This document shows, piece after piece, positions 17,174 to 26,099 of a stretch of DNA of 32,000 nucleotides (positions are counted from its first letter, which is position 1; each line of letters opens with the position of its first letter). The stretch comes from Aquifex aeolicus VF5 (GTDB taxonomy: Bacteria > Aquificota > Aquificia > Aquificales > Aquificaceae): NCBI RefSeq assembly GCF_000008625.1, contig NC_000918.1, forward strand, positions 1,140,001-1,172,000, written 5' to 3'. Below the pieces are notes generated by a model. It was not told the origin of the DNA. It was given only the letters and a program-made list of their open reading frames with translations, and made no database searches. Made by a program: the position numbers and the translations under genes.

Positions 17174-17362
17174 TTACCAGCTTGCTTTTCTAACACCAGG
17201 TAGATCGCCCCTGAGGGCGTGTTCCCTGAAGCAAATTCTGCACATGTTAAAGTATCTGATAAAAGCCCTAGGTCTTCCGCATATGGGGCATCTATTCTTT
17301 TTCCTGCTCTTCCACTTCGGGTAATACATGAGATCTTTAGCTACCTTAGCCTTTCTAGGCAT
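17174..17362 (-). CDS. rpsZ: ribosomal protein uS14, zinc-binding type
   Basis: [38 protein letters not shown]. Confidence 0.96.
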   Translation of the reverse strand: MPRKAKVAKDLMYYPKWKSRKKNRCPICGRPRAFIRYFNMCRICFREHALRGDLPGVRKASW

Positions 17363-17395
17363 ACCTAACTTTACCTCCTGAAGCTAAGTATTTTA

Positions 17396-17962
17396 TCACA
17401 TAGACCTTATGGGCAGTCCTAGGAGTGAAAGTAGCCAGAAAGCTTCTTCGTCCGTTTCCGCGGTCGTGTTTATGATTATGTCCATACCCCTTATACGATC
17501 CACTTTGTCGTAGTCTATTTCGGGAAAGACTATCTGTTCCGCTATACCGAAGGCGTAATTCCCTCTTCCGTCAAAAGAACGAGGACTCAAACCTTTGAAG
17601 TCCTTAACTCTGGGAAGTGCCACTGAGATAAGCTTGTCAAGGAAGTCCCACATCCTTTCTTTTCTGAGGGTTACCTTGCAGCCTATGGGCATTCCTTTCC
17701 TGAGTTTGAATCCAGCTTCGGATTTTCTCGCTCTGGTAATTACAGGTTGCTGTCCCGTTATGGCTCTGAGGTCCTCTACCGCCCTTTCAAGCTGTCTTAT
17801 ATCCTGAACGGCTTCACCTACACCCATGTTTACGACTATCTTCTGGAGTCTGGGAATTTGCATAGGGCTTTTGTAATTGAACTTCTTCTGAAGTATGGGA
17901 ACTACTTCTTCCTTGTACTTTTTGTAAAGTCTCGGGACGTACTTCGTTTCAGTTGCACTCAT
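17396..17962 (-). CDS. rplE: ribosomal protein uL5
   Basis: [46 protein letters not shown]. Confidence 0.97.
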   Translation of the reverse strand: MSATETKYVPRLYKKYKEEVVPILQKKFNYKSPMQIPRLQKIVVNMGVGEAVQDIRQLERAVEDLRAITGQQPVITRARKSEAGFKLRKGMPIGCKVTLRKERMWDFLDKLISVALPRVKDFKGLSPRSFDGRGNYAFGIAEQIVFPEIDYDKVDRIRGMDIIINTTAETDEEAFWLLSLLGLPIRSM

Positions 17963-17963
17963 A

Positions 17964-18362
17964 TCAGCCTCCCTTTATTACCTTTTCACTAACGAGGTCT
18001 ATGTTTTCGTTACACTTCTTACAGTACCTGTACTTTCTCCTGACATTCCCTTCCTCTACTATCCTGAAACCTACCCTTGTGGGCTTGTTGCAGTTTGGGC
18101 ATATTAACATAACGTTGCTGATGTCTATCGGTCCTTCCGTTTCTATAATTCCGCCTTCCCTTACGCCTTCTATGGGCTTTACGTGTTTCTTTATAAGCCT
18201 CACGCCTTCCACTATTACGAAGTGCCTAACATAAACGGGATTTCCCTGCTTGTCCCTTCTCTTAACCCTTTCGTAAACCTTTAGAACCTTTCCCTGCTTT
18301 CCTTTTTCCTTACCTCTTACCACTAGAACCGTATCGCCCTTTTTGATCTTTGCTGCAGCCAT
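17964..18362 (-). CDS. rplX: ribosomal protein uL24
   Basis: [25 protein letters not shown]; C-terminal CPNC...CKKC. Confidence 0.96.
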   Translation of the reverse strand: MAAAKIKKGDTVLVVRGKEKGKQGKVLKVYERVKRRDKQGNPVYVRHFVIVEGVRLIKKHVKPIEGVREGGIIETEGPIDISNVMLICPNCNKPTRVGFRIVEEGNVRRKYRYCKKCNENIDLVSEKVIKGG

Positions 18363-18727
18363 TACACTACCTCCGGAGCAAGTGAAGCTATCTTGGTAAA
18401 GCCTTTATTCCTCACCTCTCTCGCTATAGGTCCCAGAACACGAGTTCCCAAAGGTTCTCCGTACTGGTTCAGGAGAACGCAGGCGTTGTCGTCAAACTTT
18501 ATGTAGCTTCCATCAGGTCTCCTGACCTCTTTAGCGGTTCTTACGATAATAGCCCTGTAAATCTTTCCTTTCTTTGCGTTTCCCTGAGGCAGGGCTTCCT
18601 TTACGGTTACCGTAACAACGTCTCCTAGCGTTGCGTACTTCCTCGGAGCATAAGGTATACCTATAACCTGAACCTTTTTCGCACCGGAGTTGTCCGCTAC
18701 ATTTAAGTAAGTTTGCCTCTGTATCAT
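18362..18727 (-). CDS. rplN: ribosomal protein uL14
   Basis: [50 protein letters not shown]. Confidence 0.97.
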   Translation of the reverse strand: MIQRQTYLNVADNSGAKKVQVIGIPYAPRKYATLGDVVTVTVKEALPQGNAKKGKIYRAIIVRTAKEVRRPDGSYIKFDDNACVLLNQYGEPLGTRVLGPIAREVRNKGFTKIASLAPEVV

Positions 18728-18923
18728 GGCTTTTCACCCCTTTAATTAGAGTAAGGCAAATTGATATTATAACAAATTTATGTTAGAAACGCGAAGGTTT
18801 TTACAGCTCACTTTAGCCCACCGCAAACTATAATAAATTAACACTTCTTTAAGCCAGTATTGATAATTCTTATTGTTAAGTTATTGGACACAGGGTAAAT
18901 TTTTTATTTGCAGAGGTCAGGGA

Positions 18924-19421
18924 ATGGTAGGAATTAAGGATCAAATTAAAGCTCTCACGGAAGCTATAGAAAGGGAAAGTGTTCTTATTCATAGGGACGC
19001 TTTAATCGGTGCTTACAGGGATTTAAAGAAAGTCGCAAAGTTTGGGCTTGATAAGTTGATTAAGAAGGCTGCTGAATACGGGGGGAGAAAGGGAGCAAAA
19101 ACACTAAAGGAAAAGTACGCCATTTACACGGATCGCTTGGACGAAGCGATGGACGTGCTCTCCATAATAGCCGAATCTTCAAGGATGATAGGATACTTTG
19201 ATTACGATCCAAAGGCTATGGAAATAAAGATAGAGGGTTCTATTCTTGTTGAAGCTATTCCAAAGAGTGATAAACCCGTTTGCGAACCGATGGCAGGATT
19301 TTTCAAGGGATTTCTAAGTGAATTTCTGGAAAAGGACTACGAGGTTAAAGAGGTTCAGTGTCAGGCTCAAGGGTACGAGCAGTGTGTGTTCAGGATAAGA
19401 CAAAAGGGTGCTAAGAAGTAG
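18924..19421 (+). CDS. V4R (4-vinyl reductase-like) domain protein
   Basis: C-terminal GFLSEFLEKDYEVKEVQCQAQGYEQCVFRI; start at 18924 (MVGIKDQIK) preferred over track start 18873. Confidence 0.75.
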   Translation: MVGIKDQIKALTEAIERESVLIHRDALIGAYRDLKKVAKFGLDKLIKKAAEYGGRKGAKTLKEKYAIYTDRLDEAMDVLSIIAESSRMIGYFDYDPKAMEIKIEGSILVEAIPKSDKPVCEPMAGFFKGFLSEFLEKDYEVKEVQCQAQGYEQCVFRIRQKGAKK

Positions 19422-20355
19422 CCTACTTCCCTTTTCGTACTTATACGAAAAAATTATTAACTTCAGAAACACACTTTACGATAAGGGATTTTTAAAGATA
19501 AAAAAACTTCCCGTTCCCGTGATTTCTGTAGGAAACCTCTCGGTGGGCGGAAGTGGAAAGACCTCCTTCGTTATGTACCTTGCCGACTTGTTGAAGGATA
19601 AAAGGGTTTGTATACTGTCCCGGGGCTACAAGAGAAAGAGTAAAGGTACCCTAATCGTTTCGGAGTACGGGAATTTAAAGGTTTCCTGGGAAGAGGCAGG
19701 GGACGAGCCCTACCTTATGGCCAAGTTGCTACCACATGTGAGCGTCGTGGCATCGGAGGACAGGTATAAGGGAGGACTCTTAGCTCTGGAAAAGTTATCT
19801 CCCGAGGTTTTTATTCTTGACGACGGATTTCAACACAGGAAACTCCACAGGGACCTTAATATCTTACTTTTAAAGAAAAAGGATTTGAAGGACAGGCTTC
19901 TCCCCGCCGGAAATCTGAGGGAACCTCTAAAGGAAATAAGGAGGGCAGACGCTTTAGTTCTTACCTACCAGGAAGTTGAGCCTTTTGAGTTCTTTACGGG
20001 AAAACCCACTTTCAAGATGTTCAGGGAGTTTTGCTGTTTGCTGAACTCAGACTTTGAAGAAGTGCCTTTTGATATTCTAAAGGAGAGAGAGGTTATAGCT
20101 TTCAGCGGACTCGGGGACAACGGACAATTCAGGAAAGTTTTGAAAAATTTAGGGATAAAGGTAAAAGAATTTATGTCCTTCCCCGATCACTACGATTACT
20201 CGGATTTCACACCAGAGGAGGGAGAAATTTACTTAACCACTCCAAAGGATCTAATAAAACTGCAGGGTTATGAGAACGTTTTTGCCCTGAACTTCAAAGT
20301 TAAGTTGGAAAGGGAAGAAAAGCTGAAAAAGCTCATTTATAGAATTTTTTACTGA
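19408..20355 (+). CDS. lpxK: tetraacyldisaccharide 4'-kinase
   Basis: PVPVISVGNLSVGGSGKTSFV (P-loop), VFILDDGFQHRKLHRDLNILL. Confidence 0.95.
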   Translation: MLRSSLLPFSYLYEKIINFRNTLYDKGFLKIKKLPVPVISVGNLSVGGSGKTSFVMYLADLLKDKRVCILSRGYKRKSKGTLIVSEYGNLKVSWEEAGDEPYLMAKLLPHVSVVASEDRYKGGLLALEKLSPEVFILDDGFQHRKLHRDLNILLLKKKDLKDRLLPAGNLREPLKEIRRADALVLTYQEVEPFEFFTGKPTFKMFREFCCLLNSDFEEVPFDILKEREVIAFSGLGDNGQFRKVLKNLGIKVKEFMSFPDHYDYSDFTPEEGEIYLTTPKDLIKLQGYENVFALNFKVKLEREEKLKKLIYRIFY

Positions 20356-20824
20356 TTTGGGCTCTCTCTTCACCGCAGTTCACGTCTTCCCTTTCAATGT
20401 ATTCTTTTAGTTTTTGAACAGCTTCTTCTCCAGTAACGAGGTCCTGAAGATCCCTTTCCAAGTTTGCAGGCTTTAATTTTGCTATCCACCCTTCGCCGTA
20501 AGGATCTTCGTTTATGAGGTCAGGCTTGTCAAAGAGTTTTTCGTTCCTCTCAACAACTTCCCCTTCTATGTCCGCGGGAACGGGTCCAGCCCACTTTCCG
20601 CTTTCAAGGCTTGCCACGGGTTTTCCCTTCTTTACGTACTTTCCGGGTGGTTTAATACGTATGTTTATTATCTTTCCCGCCCTTGCCTGTCCGATGTCTG
20701 TAACTCCAACGGTTACGGTGCCGTCTTCGTTTACCTTAAACCAGACCTGATTTTCTATATCGTAGTAAAGGTCCTTCGGAATAACACAACCCCTGTATTC
20801 TTCAACCTTTTCCGCCATACTCAA
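20333..20824 (-). CDS. glycine cleavage H-like lipoyl carrier protein (possibly LbpA type)
   Basis: VTVGVTDIGQARAGKIINI, VASLESGKWAGPVPADIEGEVVERN, DPYGEGWIAKLKP; the lipoyl-lysine context ESGKWAGP differs from the usual ESVKA. Confidence 0.88.
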   Translation of the reverse strand: MSMAEKVEEYRGCVIPKDLYYDIENQVWFKVNEDGTVTVGVTDIGQARAGKIINIRIKPPGKYVKKGKPVASLESGKWAGPVPADIEGEVVERNEKLFDKPDLINEDPYGEGWIAKLKPANLERDLQDLVTGEEAVQKLKEYIEREDVNCGEERAQISKKFYK

Positions 20825-21365
20825 CCCCCAAAAGAATTTTACAAGAATTTTCCAAAACCGAAGTAATCTCGTAAGCCCTTATTAAGTTCTCCGCCCCTGC
20901 AAAAACACCGTGACCTTTAATTACCGCAATACTTTTTTCTTTTAATTCTTCCGCCAGGTTCTGCGCCAGCTCTTCACTCGCAGACGAATTTTCAAGTTCA
21001 AGAACGTTTACCTTTCCCAGAATAGCCTTACCTTCACTATCTAAGGGAGTTATCTCTTTGGTTTTGAGTGAGCACATAACGGCGTAAACAGGATGGGTGT
21101 GGAGAAGTGCTTTATGTTCTGTTTCTCTTAAAACTCTTCTATGAACTATAAGTTCCGAGGAAGCTCTCTCTTCTAGAATGCTTTCCCCTTCAAGGGGCAG
21201 TTCCAGTATGTCTCCTTCACTCAGGTTTCTGAAGTTCGCACCCGTTCTCGTTATGTAGAGTTTCCCGCTAAAAATTCTACTCATGTTTCCCGTGTAGGAA
21301 TAAGTCAGGTTTTCCTGAGATACGAGCTCAGCGCACTTTAAGAACTCTTTGAGTATAAACTCCAC
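20802..21365 (-). CDS. class II aldolase/adducin family protein
   Basis: GNMSRIF, ITRTGANFRNLSEGDI, ALLHTHPVYA, VIKGHGVFA. Confidence 0.88.
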   Translation of the reverse strand: MEFILKEFLKCAELVSQENLTYSYTGNMSRIFSGKLYITRTGANFRNLSEGDILELPLEGESILEERASSELIVHRRVLRETEHKALLHTHPVYAVMCSLKTKEITPLDSEGKAILGKVNVLELENSSASEELAQNLAEELKEKSIAVIKGHGVFAGAENLIRAYEITSVLENSCKILLGVEYGGKG

Positions 21366-21413
21366 AAGTTTTTAGGATATCACTCAGGTCCTTACAAACC
21401 TTTAAAGATTTTC

Positions 21414-22136
21414 TTATAACTCAATTAGAACTACTTTTTGGGTGAGGCACTCAATTATCTCACTTAACTCTTTCCTGCTTACGAAGTAAACCCTTCCGCC
21501 CAAAGGATCTCCCTTTTCCTTCAAGGGAGTTATCCTGACGTATCCTATTTCCTTTCCCGAAACGTATCCCGTGACGTAATCGGGATCATCACTCCAGCAA
21601 AGCTCCGCCACAACACCGCAAAACAAGTTCTTAAAGGTCAGAGCCAGAGCGTCAACAGTTCTTAGGGTGTAGCCTTCCTTCAGGAGTTTTTCAGTTACTT
21701 TTTTCCTGTCCTTCCAGTCAAAGTGAATGGTTCTTACTCCCCTTTCCTTGTCCTCTTCAAGCCTCTCCCCTGTTTCTATATCCATAAGAACCGCACCTCT
21801 CATATTTCCGCCTTTGGGGTTTGCTCCCTTTGACAGGATTTCCACAGCCTTTTTTGCCACTTCCTCTTTTATACCTTCCTGGGTGAGTTTTTTTACTGCA
21901 AACTCCCTCGCTTCCTCCGGACTTTTGAAACTGTATGTGGATATTTTCAGGTTAAACTTCACAACTTCAAAATCCTTTACCTTTTCAACTTTTACGTTCA
22001 TAAAGTCAAATTCCTTCGGTCTGTTAAGGAGTTCTTTGACTGCGGTTTCCAGTTCCTCTTTTTTTACTATCCTTTCCGCTCCCGAGACGTGCTTTCCGTT
22101 TTTCTGTGCCCGCATTCTTACACTGAAAAGATCCAT
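21414..22136 (-). CDS. bioW: 6-carboxyhexanoate-CoA ligase (pimeloyl-CoA synthetase)
   Basis: FSVRMRAQKNGKHVSGAERIV, NPKGGNMRGAVLMDIETGERLEEDKERGVRTIHFDW, AELCWSDDPDYVTGYVSGK. Confidence 0.9.
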   Translation of the reverse strand: MDLFSVRMRAQKNGKHVSGAERIVKKEELETAVKELLNRPKEFDFMNVKVEKVKDFEVVKFNLKISTYSFKSPEEAREFAVKKLTQEGIKEEVAKKAVEILSKGANPKGGNMRGAVLMDIETGERLEEDKERGVRTIHFDWKDRKKVTEKLLKEGYTLRTVDALALTFKNLFCGVVAELCWSDDPDYVTGYVSGKEIGYVRITPLKEKGDPLGGRVYFVSRKELSEIIECLTQKVVLIEL

Positions 22137-22146
22137 AATTTTAAAT

Positions 22147-22665
22147 ATGGCGATAATTAAACCCTACAAAGGGAAGTACCCTAAAATACACGAAAGTGTT
22201 TACCTTTCCGAGAACGTCGTAGTAATTGGAGACGTGGAGATAGGAGAGGACTCAAGTATCTGGTTCGGGAGCGTGGTTCGGGGAGACGTCAATTACATAA
22301 GGATAGGGAAAAGGACGAACATTCAGGACAACTGCGTGGTTCACGTGACTCACGACACACACCCTACGATAATAGGAGACAACGTCACGATAGGACACAG
22401 AGTAGTTCTACACGGTTGCGTACTTCACAACAACATACTCGTGGGAATGGGAGCGGTTGTTATGGACGGTGTAGAGATAGAAGATTACGTAATTGTGGGA
22501 GCGGGAGCACTCGTCACTCCAAATAAAAAAATACCTTCCGGCGTTCTCGTTGCAGGTGTTCCTGCAAAGATAGTGAGGGATTTGAGAGAAGAGGAGATAA
22601 AACTCATAGAAGAGTCCGCCCAGAACTACGTGAATTACAAGAATGAGTACTTAAGAAGTGCTTAA
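22147..22665 (+). CDS. gamma-carbonic anhydrase family / hexapeptide-repeat protein
   Basis: SSIWFGSVVRGDVNYIRIGKRTNIQDNCVVHVTHDTHPTIIGDNVTIGHRVVLHGC; ATG 22147 preferred over track start 21727, which runs antisense through bioW. Confidence 0.88.
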   Translation: MAIIKPYKGKYPKIHESVYLSENVVVIGDVEIGEDSSIWFGSVVRGDVNYIRIGKRTNIQDNCVVHVTHDTHPTIIGDNVTIGHRVVLHGCVLHNNILVGMGAVVMDGVEIEDYVIVGAGALVTPNKKIPSGVLVAGVPAKIVRDLREEEIKLIEESAQNYVNYKNEYLRSA

Positions 22666-23286
22666 GGTTCTTTTCCTTTCCTTTATCACGTCCTCGTAAG
22701 CCCACTTCTTGAGTATCTTTTGAATTTCTTCTTCCGAAAGGGAAGGCCTTGAGTACATACCCTTTTCTTCCCTCTGCCTCTGGGCTTCGTAGAGTATTAT
22801 CCCGGTGGCTACCGATACGTTCAGACTCTGGGCCATTCCGTACATGGGTATTACTATTTTCTTGTCTGCAATTTCTACTATTTCGGGGGAAACCCCTTGA
22901 AGTTCGTTTCCAACTACGAGAACGGTGGGTTTAGTGTAGTCCACTTCCCTGAAGTTTACCGACTCCTTTGAGAGCCAGGTGGCAACTATCTGAAAACCTC
23001 TATTTTTGAATTCAAGAAGTTTTTGGACGGGGTTGTCTACCTTTTCTATAAACACCCACTTGTGGGAACCCTGAGTTATTCCCTCGTTTATCTTTGCTTT
23101 TTTCCCTTCTGCGTGGTAGTAGTAAAGGTAAAGAACACCAACAGCATCGCAGGTTCTTACAATCGCGGAAAAGTTGTGCTCGTTTTTCACGTTGTCCGCA
23201 AAAACTATTAAATCTTTCTGTCTTTTCTCAAGCACTTCCCTTAGGCGCTTTAAGCGTTTTTCAAGAACGAGATATTCCATTACCAT
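22651..23286 (-). CDS. trmH: TrmH/SpoU family tRNA (guanosine-2'-O)-methyltransferase
   Basis: VKNEHNFSAIVRTCDAVG, VLVVGNELQGVSPEI, VIPMYGMAQSLNVSVATGIILYE (SPOUT motifs). Confidence 0.93.
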   Translation of the reverse strand: MVMEYLVLEKRLKRLREVLEKRQKDLIVFADNVKNEHNFSAIVRTCDAVGVLYLYYYHAEGKKAKINEGITQGSHKWVFIEKVDNPVQKLLEFKNRGFQIVATWLSKESVNFREVDYTKPTVLVVGNELQGVSPEIVEIADKKIVIPMYGMAQSLNVSVATGIILYEAQRQREEKGMYSRPSLSEEEIQKILKKWAYEDVIKERKRTLSTS

Positions 23287-23327
23287 TAATTAAAATTACC
23301 CCTGAAAGTTCCGATTTAATAAATTAA

Positions 23328-23540
23328 ATGAAACTGGTGGAGAAACTCAGGGAAGTAAAGGAAAAAATCAAAAACCCTTTCAATTATGAGGGACTGGAAA
23401 AGGACTTTATGGAAATAGAAGAACTCCTTGAAAAAGCCTCAAAAGAAGAAGTGGAAAAAGCTTACAAGGAGTACGAAGAGGTAAAAAGGCTTTTCTGGAG
23501 AAACGTTGAAATTCTTAGGAAACTTTACGAGGTGGGCTAA
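23328..23540 (+). CDS. small charged helical protein, 70 aa, upstream of flgK
   Basis: Intact ORF ending immediately before flgK; possible flagellar chaperone by position only. Confidence 0.55.
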   Translation: MKLVEKLREVKEKIKNPFNYEGLEKDFMEIEELLEKASKEEVEKAYKEYEEVKRLFWRNVEILRKLYEVG

Positions 23541-24821
23541 ATGTTCGGAGCGAGCTTTAACATAATCTCTCAGGCACTTGAAGTTTACAAGAAGATGATA
23601 GACGTCAAAAACAGGAATATCGCAAACGCTCAGGAGGAAAACTACGTAGCGGAAGAACCCGTAGTTCAGAGCGACCTTTATTCGGGAATAACTTTTCAGG
23701 AAGTCAGGAGAATACAGAACTTTAACTTTATAAACACGAGAAACGAAAAACTCTCTTACGTAAGCTATCTGGAAGAGAGGAGGGATTATCTTTCAAAGCT
23801 TGAAAGTGTTTTTCAGGAACTCTCTCAGGGAAATGGATTAATAGATTACGTGAACAGGTTTTTCCAGTCCTATCAAGAACTCATGAAAGAACCGACAAAC
23901 GAGGGGGCAAAGAGCCAGTTTCTGGAAAGTGCTAAAATGCTTGTAAAAACGATTAAATCAAGATACGGCGAACTGACGCGGAGTTACAACGAGATTGACT
24001 ACACGATAAACGATTACGTCAGAAAAGTAAACGAACTGGTCAAAAAGATTTACAAAATTAACAAGGAAATTTTCTTCAAGTACGCTCAAACGAAAGTCCG
24101 CGGAGAGGACTACAAAACCCTTTTAGACCAGAGGGATAAATACTTAAAAGAACTTTCTCAGTACATAAACGTAAGGGCTCAGGAAGACGAGCTCGGGAGG
24201 ATAAAAGTTTACACGTCAAAGGGCTTTGTGCTCGTAGACTTTTCGGAAAATTTCTTCACCTTGAAGTACGAAGGCGGAAAATTAATATACGAAAAGGACG
24301 AGAGTGATATAACGAACGTCGTGGAAAGCGGACAAATCAAAGGCTTGATTGACGCAAAAGGAGACATAGAAAACTTGATAAACAAGTTAGACAATTTGAG
24401 AGATTACTTGGTAAACAACGTAAAAATTCCCGTAAATGGTGGCGGTGAGGCAAGTGTCTTTAGTGGAGCAAGTATAAACGATTTTGAGGTAGATGCTAAC
24501 CTTGAGACAAACTTAGGAAACCTTGACTTTTCAAGGACTCAGGATTACGCCCAAAACGCTTTAACGTGGTGGGAAGAGGCAAAAGGCAGAACGAAGGATA
24601 TAACCAATTACGTGGCTACACAGAAAAACGCTTTAGACTCGGAGTACGAAGTGGAAAAGGCACTTTACGACTCTTTAGAAAAGAAAATCCTTGAAAGGCA
24701 AGGTGTATCCATAGATCAGGAATTTATGGAGATAATGCAGATTCAGAAAAATTACGAGGCAGTAGCGAAAATTCTTCCGAGAATAGATGAGATGTTCAGG
24801 ACGCTTTTGAACATGGTGTGA
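23541..24821 (+). CDS. flgK: flagellar hook-associated protein 1
   Basis: FNIISQALEVYKKMIDVKNRNIANAQEENYV; C-term VSIDQEFMEIMQIQKNYEAVAKILPRIDEMFRTLLNM. Confidence 0.92.
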   Translation: MFGASFNIISQALEVYKKMIDVKNRNIANAQEENYVAEEPVVQSDLYSGITFQEVRRIQNFNFINTRNEKLSYVSYLEERRDYLSKLESVFQELSQGNGLIDYVNRFFQSYQELMKEPTNEGAKSQFLESAKMLVKTIKSRYGELTRSYNEIDYTINDYVRKVNELVKKIYKINKEIFFKYAQTKVRGEDYKTLLDQRDKYLKELSQYINVRAQEDELGRIKVYTSKGFVLVDFSENFFTLKYEGGKLIYEKDESDITNVVESGQIKGLIDAKGDIENLINKLDNLRDYLVNNVKIPVNGGGEASVFSGASINDFEVDANLETNLGNLDFSRTQDYAQNALTWWEEAKGRTKDITNYVATQKNALDSEYEVEKALYDSLEKKILERQGVSIDQEFMEIMQIQKNYEAVAKILPRIDEMFRTLLNMV

Positions 24822-24830
24822 GGTAGTGAG

Positions 24831-26099
24831 ATGAGAGTTCCTGACCTGATTTTTTACCTCTTTTTCGAAAAGGAAAATAACAAAATTAGGAAAAATGTTG
24901 AAGATAAGTACCTAGAAATAGTGAGCGGTAAAAAAATTCAAAACCCTTCCGATGATCCCGCATCCACAAATCAAATACTGAACTTAAAAACAGAACTCAG
25001 TAAACTATCTCAGTTTTCAAGGAACAGGTTGTTTGCGGATACTGTCCTCTCGTATGCGGACACACTTCTTGCGGGAATAGAAGACCGCTTAAAGAGTCTT
25101 TACTCAAAAGTTATTCAGTTGTCAAATCAAGTTCACACTCCAGACCAGTTAAAAGCCGCAGCGAAGGAGTTTGAAGAAGCCCTGAAGCTTCTCCTGAACA
25201 CCGCAAACGAGAAGGTAGGGAATAACTACATATTTTCTGGAAATGCACTGACCACAAAACCCTTTGACGAAAACACTTTAACTTACAACGGCGGGAACGC
25301 AGAATTTGAGATTTTGATAGATGAGGGTTATAAATCTCCCGTTATCTTGAATGGAGGAAATATTTTTGACGGTATAGGAGGAATAGGTGAAACTTACACC
25401 GTGTATGAAATTGAAATAACAGGGTTTGATGATACTCCTGATAACGACGATACAGGTTTTAGAGTAGACAGTATAGAAATACGAGGTGATAATTTAGATG
25501 AAATTATTCAGAAGTTAAAAGAAAATTTCGGAGATTCCATGAACATATACCTTTACGAGAAGAGTGATGGAACACCCATCATACGCCTTGAAGCAAATAG
25601 GGATTTTACTGTGACGAATATCAACAATACAAACCCACGAGAGATAGACACAAATAGTCTCCTTATAAATAGATGGAATGCGACCAGAAATATTTTTGAA
25701 ACTATAAAATTTATTGCCGATGAACTGAGCGAAGGTAGATTGTTATTCAGTGGTCCTCTTATTTCTGAGGACTCAAACGATTACTTTAGTAATAATAGAC
25801 CTGATTACCAAGTAATCAGTAAACCCTTTAATAAGTCAACGGAAGTAAAGTTAATGGAACAAAGTGTAGAAAGAATTATAAACTTCAGAGCAAAGATTGG
25901 AAGCATTCTCAAGGAACTAAGAAATGAACAAAACTATCAGGAAGATAGAAAACTCGTCCTTGAAAAGCAAAAATCCGAGGCTGAAGACGCGGACCTTGCA
26001 AAGTCTATTTCCGAGTACGAACGCTACAGACTCGCTTACGATGCAATTATGAAACTCTTTGTAAACCACAAGAACATGAGCATACTCGATTACATTTAA
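24831..26099 (+). CDS. flgL: flagellar hook-associated protein 3
   Basis: SGKKIQNPSDDPASTNQILNLKTELSKLSQFSRN; C-term ESEAEDADLAKSISEYERYRLAYDAIMKLF. Confidence 0.9.
   Translation: MRVPDLIFYLFFEKENNKIRKNVEDKYLEIVSGKKIQNPSDDPASTNQILNLKTELSKLSQFSRNRLFADTVLSYADTLLAGIEDRLKSLYSKVIQLSNQVHTPDQLKAAAKEFEEALKLLLNTANEKVGNNYIFSGNALTTKPFDENTLTYNGGNAEFEILIDEGYKSPVILNGGNIFDGIGGIGETYTVYEIEITGFDDTPDNDDTGFRVDSIEIRGDNLDEIIQKLKENFGDSMNIYLYEKSDGTPIIRLEANRDFTVTNINNTNPREIDTNSLLINRWNATRNIFETIKFIADELSEGRLLFSGPLISEDSNDYFSNNRPDYQVISKPFNKSTEVKLMEQSVERIINFRAKIGSILKELRNEQNYQEDRKLVLEKQKSEAEDADLAKSISEYERYRLAYDAIMKLFVNHKNMSILDYI

Noticed and set aside
14278-18737. Many opposite-strand or shifted ORFs of 60-170 aa across the ribosomal protein genes
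   Set aside because: All overlap well-supported ribosomal genes and lack coherent domain sequence.
21727-22146. Long N-terminal extension of the hexapeptide-repeat ORF
   Set aside because: Low-complexity Ser/Phe-rich translation antisense to bioW; hexapeptide protein starts naturally at 22147.
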